IMG/VR virus record: IMGVR_UViG_3300037483_001818
Origin: a virus
Lineage: Duplodnaviria; Heunggongvirae; Uroviricota; Caudoviricetes
DNA length: 35,991 bases
Direction: 5' to 3' (one strand)
The notes beneath the pieces were generated by a model that worked only from the letters and a program-made list of their open reading frames with translations, did no database searches and was not told the origin of the DNA. Made by a program: the position numbers and the translations under genes. Numbering within the stretch: the first letter of the stretch is position 1; each line of letters starts with the position of its first letter. Below, in pieces: positions 33,654 to 35,991 of the stretch.

Positions 33654-33904
33654 GCGATCAGCTAGCACACACCGTGGTCCGCTGCACGCGCGTCGGCGAT
33701 GACGGCTCGTGCGGTCGCGAACAAGCGGTGGCTTTGAATGATGCGGGCATCGGCGTCCGTGTGGCGACGACTGTTTCCGACGAGATCGAGGCATGGCTGT
33801 CCTCCTTCGGATGGCGCCGTGTGGATGGCTCCTTCGGATGGCGCCGTGTGGATGGCGGTCGTTGGCTGTTCCCGTTCTGCGCACGGTGGGAAGGTTCATC
33901 GTGA
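33650..33904 (+). CDS. Small hypothetical protein (C...C...GW...W...C)
   Basis: GTGA-coupled at both ends; GGAGG RBS. Confidence 0.55.
   Translation: MSDQLAHTVVRCTRVGDDGSCGREQAVALNDAGIGVRVATTVSDEIEAWLSSFGWRRVDGSFGWRRVDGGRWLFPFCARWEGSS
33802..33856 (+). repeat. Perfect 27-bp tandem duplication (SFGWRRVDG x2)
   Basis: CTCCTTCGGATGGCGCCGTGTGGATGG read twice. Confidence 0.95.
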
Positions 33905-35520
33905 GCACACTCGATGTTGTTGCCGATGTTCTGCGTGAAGTTGCGCCACGGGCGCTCAAAGCTCGCGAAATCGCTGCATTGGCCGGCGATCGACTGCCGA
34001 CCGCGTCTCGTACTCCTGAGACCGTGGTCCGTCGTGATCTCTCGATCGACGTGAAAGGCCGGGGCGCAGCCTCACGTTTTCTCCGCGTTGATCGCGGGGC
34101 GTTCGTGCTCAAGGAAGCGTTGCCGACTGCGTTCTATAACGATGTCGATCCATACGTCGCGCAATGGACCCGCAACTTGATCGAGGCTGGACACCTTGCA
34201 CCAGGAGTCGTCGATGAACGATCGATCCGAGATCTCAAGCCCGCAGACGTTGCCAGCTACCGACAGTGCCATTTCTTCAGCGGTCTCGGTGTCTGGAGTC
34301 GAGCGCTCCGCGACGCAGGCTGGCCCGACGATATCCACGTGTGGAGTGGAAGTTGTCCATGCCAGCCGATTTCCTCGGCCGGCAAGCGCCTCGGCTTCGC
34401 CGACGAACGTCACCTCTGGCCCGAGTGGTTCCGACTCATCCGAGCGTGCCGACCTGCTGTACTCTTTAGCGAGCAGGTTGCGAGCAAGGATGGACGGGCT
34501 TGGCTCGACGCTGTACTCAATGACCTGGAAGGAGCAGGTTACGCCTGCCAAGCGTACGATCTGCCAGCTTGTGGCGTCGGTGCGCCGCACCGACGCCAAC
34601 GTCTCTACATCGTGGCTTACGCCCGTGAGAGAGGACGCACGATCCTCGGCGCGTCATGGCTACATGATCGAGGGCAATCAAGGCACGACGCTGCTCGACG
34701 CTGCTCGGCTCACGGCGGAGCACCCGCTGCCCTATCCGACGCCGCAAGCGCACGATGCACGTCCTCCCAAGACACCGGATCAGATCGAGGCGATGCGAGC
34801 ACGCGCACCGAAGCGTATCTCTGGCGGCCCGCCGGGGATCTCGAACCTCAACGAGGTAGTGCAGACCATGAGGACGGCGTCGTATCCGATGCCGAACGCA
34901 TCGTGCGGCACCCAGGACAACCAGAGGTCGATCGACACGGTGAAGTTGATGGAGCCGAACTCGATGGAAGCGGTGCCGGCGAGCTGGGCTACGCCTGTCT
35001 CGACGGAGCTGGGGAACACGGTCGAGAACTATCTTGCGATGAAGCGCAACATGAAGAGCGGTCCGCGCAAGGCGATCACGCACCCGTCTTTGCAGGCACA
35101 GCTTACCGCCCCGGCGATCGCGTCCGCATCGTCGGAGATCCCACCTGGGGAGGAGCTGTCGCAGGATTCTGGGCCGAACAAGTCGAGTGGATCTATTGCC
35201 GGCCGGTCCCGGGGCACGAAAACGGGTGCTTCAGGCCAGCTGAATCCGGCACACAGCCGTTGGTTGCAGGGCCTTCCCCGGAGCTGGGACGAACTCGCTC
35301 CAAGCGACTAAAGGGATTTGGCAACGCAATCGTGAGGCCGCTCGCGGTTGCCTTCATCGAATCGGCGATTGAGTCGTTCGTCGACGCGGCGCAAGCATTG
35401 GGTCTTCATGCGATTCACGGCAGTCACGATCCTGGGGCCTTTACGGAAGTCGAAGGCGCCACAGACGTGCACGCGGAGGAAGCTACAGCCGCGCACGTGG
35501 AGAAGGAGAACGCTGCGTGA
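33901..35520 (+). CDS. C5-cytosine DNA methyltransferase alpha chain with N-terminal HARE-HTH
   Basis: Motif I FFSGLG, IV SCPCQ, VI EQV, VIII HRRQRLYIV, X RLKGFGNAIV; motif IX absent from this frame; GTG 33901 coupled. Confidence 0.9.
   Translation: MSTLDVVADVLREVAPRALKAREIAALAGDRLPTASRTPETVVRRDLSIDVKGRGAASRFLRVDRGAFVLKEALPTAFYNDVDPYVAQWTRNLIEAGHLAPGVVDERSIRDLKPADVASYRQCHFFSGLGVWSRALRDAGWPDDIHVWSGSCPCQPISSAGKRLGFADERHLWPEWFRLIRACRPAVLFSEQVASKDGRAWLDAVLNDLEGAGYACQAYDLPACGVGAPHRRQRLYIVAYARERGRTILGASWLHDRGQSRHDAARRCSAHGGAPAALSDAASARCTSSQDTGSDRGDASTRTEAYLWRPAGDLEPQRGSADHEDGVVSDAERIVRHPGQPEVDRHGEVDGAELDGSGAGELGYACLDGAGEHGRELSCDEAQHEERSAQGDHAPVFAGTAYRPGDRVRIVGDPTWGGAVAGFWAEQVEWIYCRPVPGHENGCFRPAESGTQPLVAGPSPELGRTRSKRLKGFGNAIVRPLAVAFIESAIESFVDAAQALGLHAIHGSHDPGAFTEVEGATDVHAEEATAAHVEKENAA
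34214..35311 (+). CDS. Overlapping alternative-frame methyltransferase beta chain (365 aa; motif IX + TRD-like repeats)
   Basis: AGGAG RBS 6 nt before ATG 34214; QLNPAHSRWLQGLPRSW motif IX-like; repeated (W/Y)xTP modules; nested entirely within the alpha gene. Confidence 0.8.
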   Translation: MNDRSEISSPQTLPATDSAISSAVSVSGVERSATQAGPTISTCGVEVVHASRFPRPASASASPTNVTSGPSGSDSSERADLLYSLASRLRARMDGLGSTLYSMTWKEQVTPAKRTICQLVASVRRTDANVSTSWLTPVREDARSSARHGYMIEGNQGTTLLDAARLTAEHPLPYPTPQAHDARPPKTPDQIEAMRARAPKRISGGPPGISNLNEVVQTMRTASYPMPNASCGTQDNQRSIDTVKLMEPNSMEAVPASWATPVSTELGNTVENYLAMKRNMKSGPRKAITHPSLQAQLTAPAIASASSEIPPGEELSQDSGPNKSSGSIAGRSRGTKTGASGQLNPAHSRWLQGLPRSWDELAPSD

Positions 35521-35759
35521 ACGTCAACGCTGCCGACAACTTCCACGTGATCGCCCAGGACGTTCATGGCAGACCCGTGTGTTGTTCGTACTGCGCACGT
35601 GGCGTGAAGCATGTTGTCGTGCTGCCGATCACTGATCGGCCCGGGTCTGCTCATCTAGCTCGCGCGGCTGACGGCGAGGAGCTGTGGATGGGCCTATGCG
35701 CGTACTGCGTGCTCGCGATGGCGAAGGCGCTCGCTCGCGCAGAGGAAAAACGCCCGTGA
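35517..35759 (+). CDS. Small Zn-finger protein (CSYC...CAYC)
   Basis: AAGGAG RBS, GTGA coupling. Confidence 0.6.
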   Translation: MNVNAADNFHVIAQDVHGRPVCCSYCARGVKHVVVLPITDRPGSAHLARAADGEELWMGLCAYCVLAMAKALARAEEKRP

Positions 35760-35991
35760 AGCACGAGAGCCTCATGTGGCGCAAGCTTCGGCCGGCCCTG
35801 ATGGAGGCCAAGCTTGATCCCGTGCGCGTCGAGAATCCGATTCATCCGGGAACGCCGGACGTGAACCTCTCCAACGGGAAGTGGATCGAGCTGAAGTGCA
35901 TCCTGAGGTGGCCTGTCCGGGATACGACCATCGTCAGGATCTCGCACTTTACGCCACAGCAGCGCGTTTGGCTTTATCGACGCTGGAAGTA
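35756..35991 (+). CDS. PD-(D/E)XK nuclease, VRR-NUC/resolvase-like (3' truncated by window edge)
   Basis: My translation: VKHESLMWRKLR...RVEN...GTPDVN...WIELK...FTPQQRVWL. Confidence 0.8.
   Translation, partial: MKHESLMWRKLRPALMEAKLDPVRVENPIHPGTPDVNLSNGKWIELKCILRWPVRDTTIVRISHFTPQQRVWLYRRWK

Larger units (their letters stand above)
1..35991. mobile_element. Phage/prophage early and DNA-replication region (whole window; boundaries not visible)
   Basis: Dense, translationally coupled small ORFs plus PolA, primase, SF3, SNF2 and Dda helicases, HNH, RNA ligase, MTases and a VRR-NUC-like nuclease; no housekeeping operons. No att site, integrase or virion gene in the window. Confidence 0.85.

Overview
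GC-rich (visually about 60-65%) segment of a dsDNA phage or prophage early/replication region. No capsid, terminase, tail, integrase, tRNA, rRNA or CRISPR features are visible. A short leftward operon (XRE regulator, Zn-finger/TOPRIM primase, SF3/DUF5906-type helicase, hypothetical) diverges at about 4.1-4.3 kb from a long rightward run of genes, mostly joined by GTGA/ATGA overlaps. The rightward run encodes a T4 Rnl1-like RNA ligase, a degenerate Dam-like protein, Ead/Ea22-like paralogs, a HerA-like ATPase, a HAD (SAK-type) phosphatase fusion, a SNF2 helicase, two conserved phage replication proteins, a Dda/RecD-like helicase, an AT-richer HNH (EndoVII) endonuclease, a UDG-like protein, a NrdR-like Zn ribbon, a family A DNA polymerase, nucleotide-metabolism enzymes, a DEDDh exonuclease, an IetA-like AAA+ ATPase, a HARE-HTH-fused C5 methyltransferase with a second protein in an overlapping frame, and a truncated PD-(D/E)XK nuclease. 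Most notable: (1) about 1.1 kb of dual-coded methyltransferase DNA; (2) a duplicated gene junction recording the HNH insertion; (3) an orphan IetA-like ATPase; (4) an RNA-repair pair; (5) an origin-like intergenic region with phased repeats and DnaA-box-like 9-mers; (6) many tandem microduplications, one of which frameshifts a regulator. All family assignments are from motif recognition by eye; no database searches were run.
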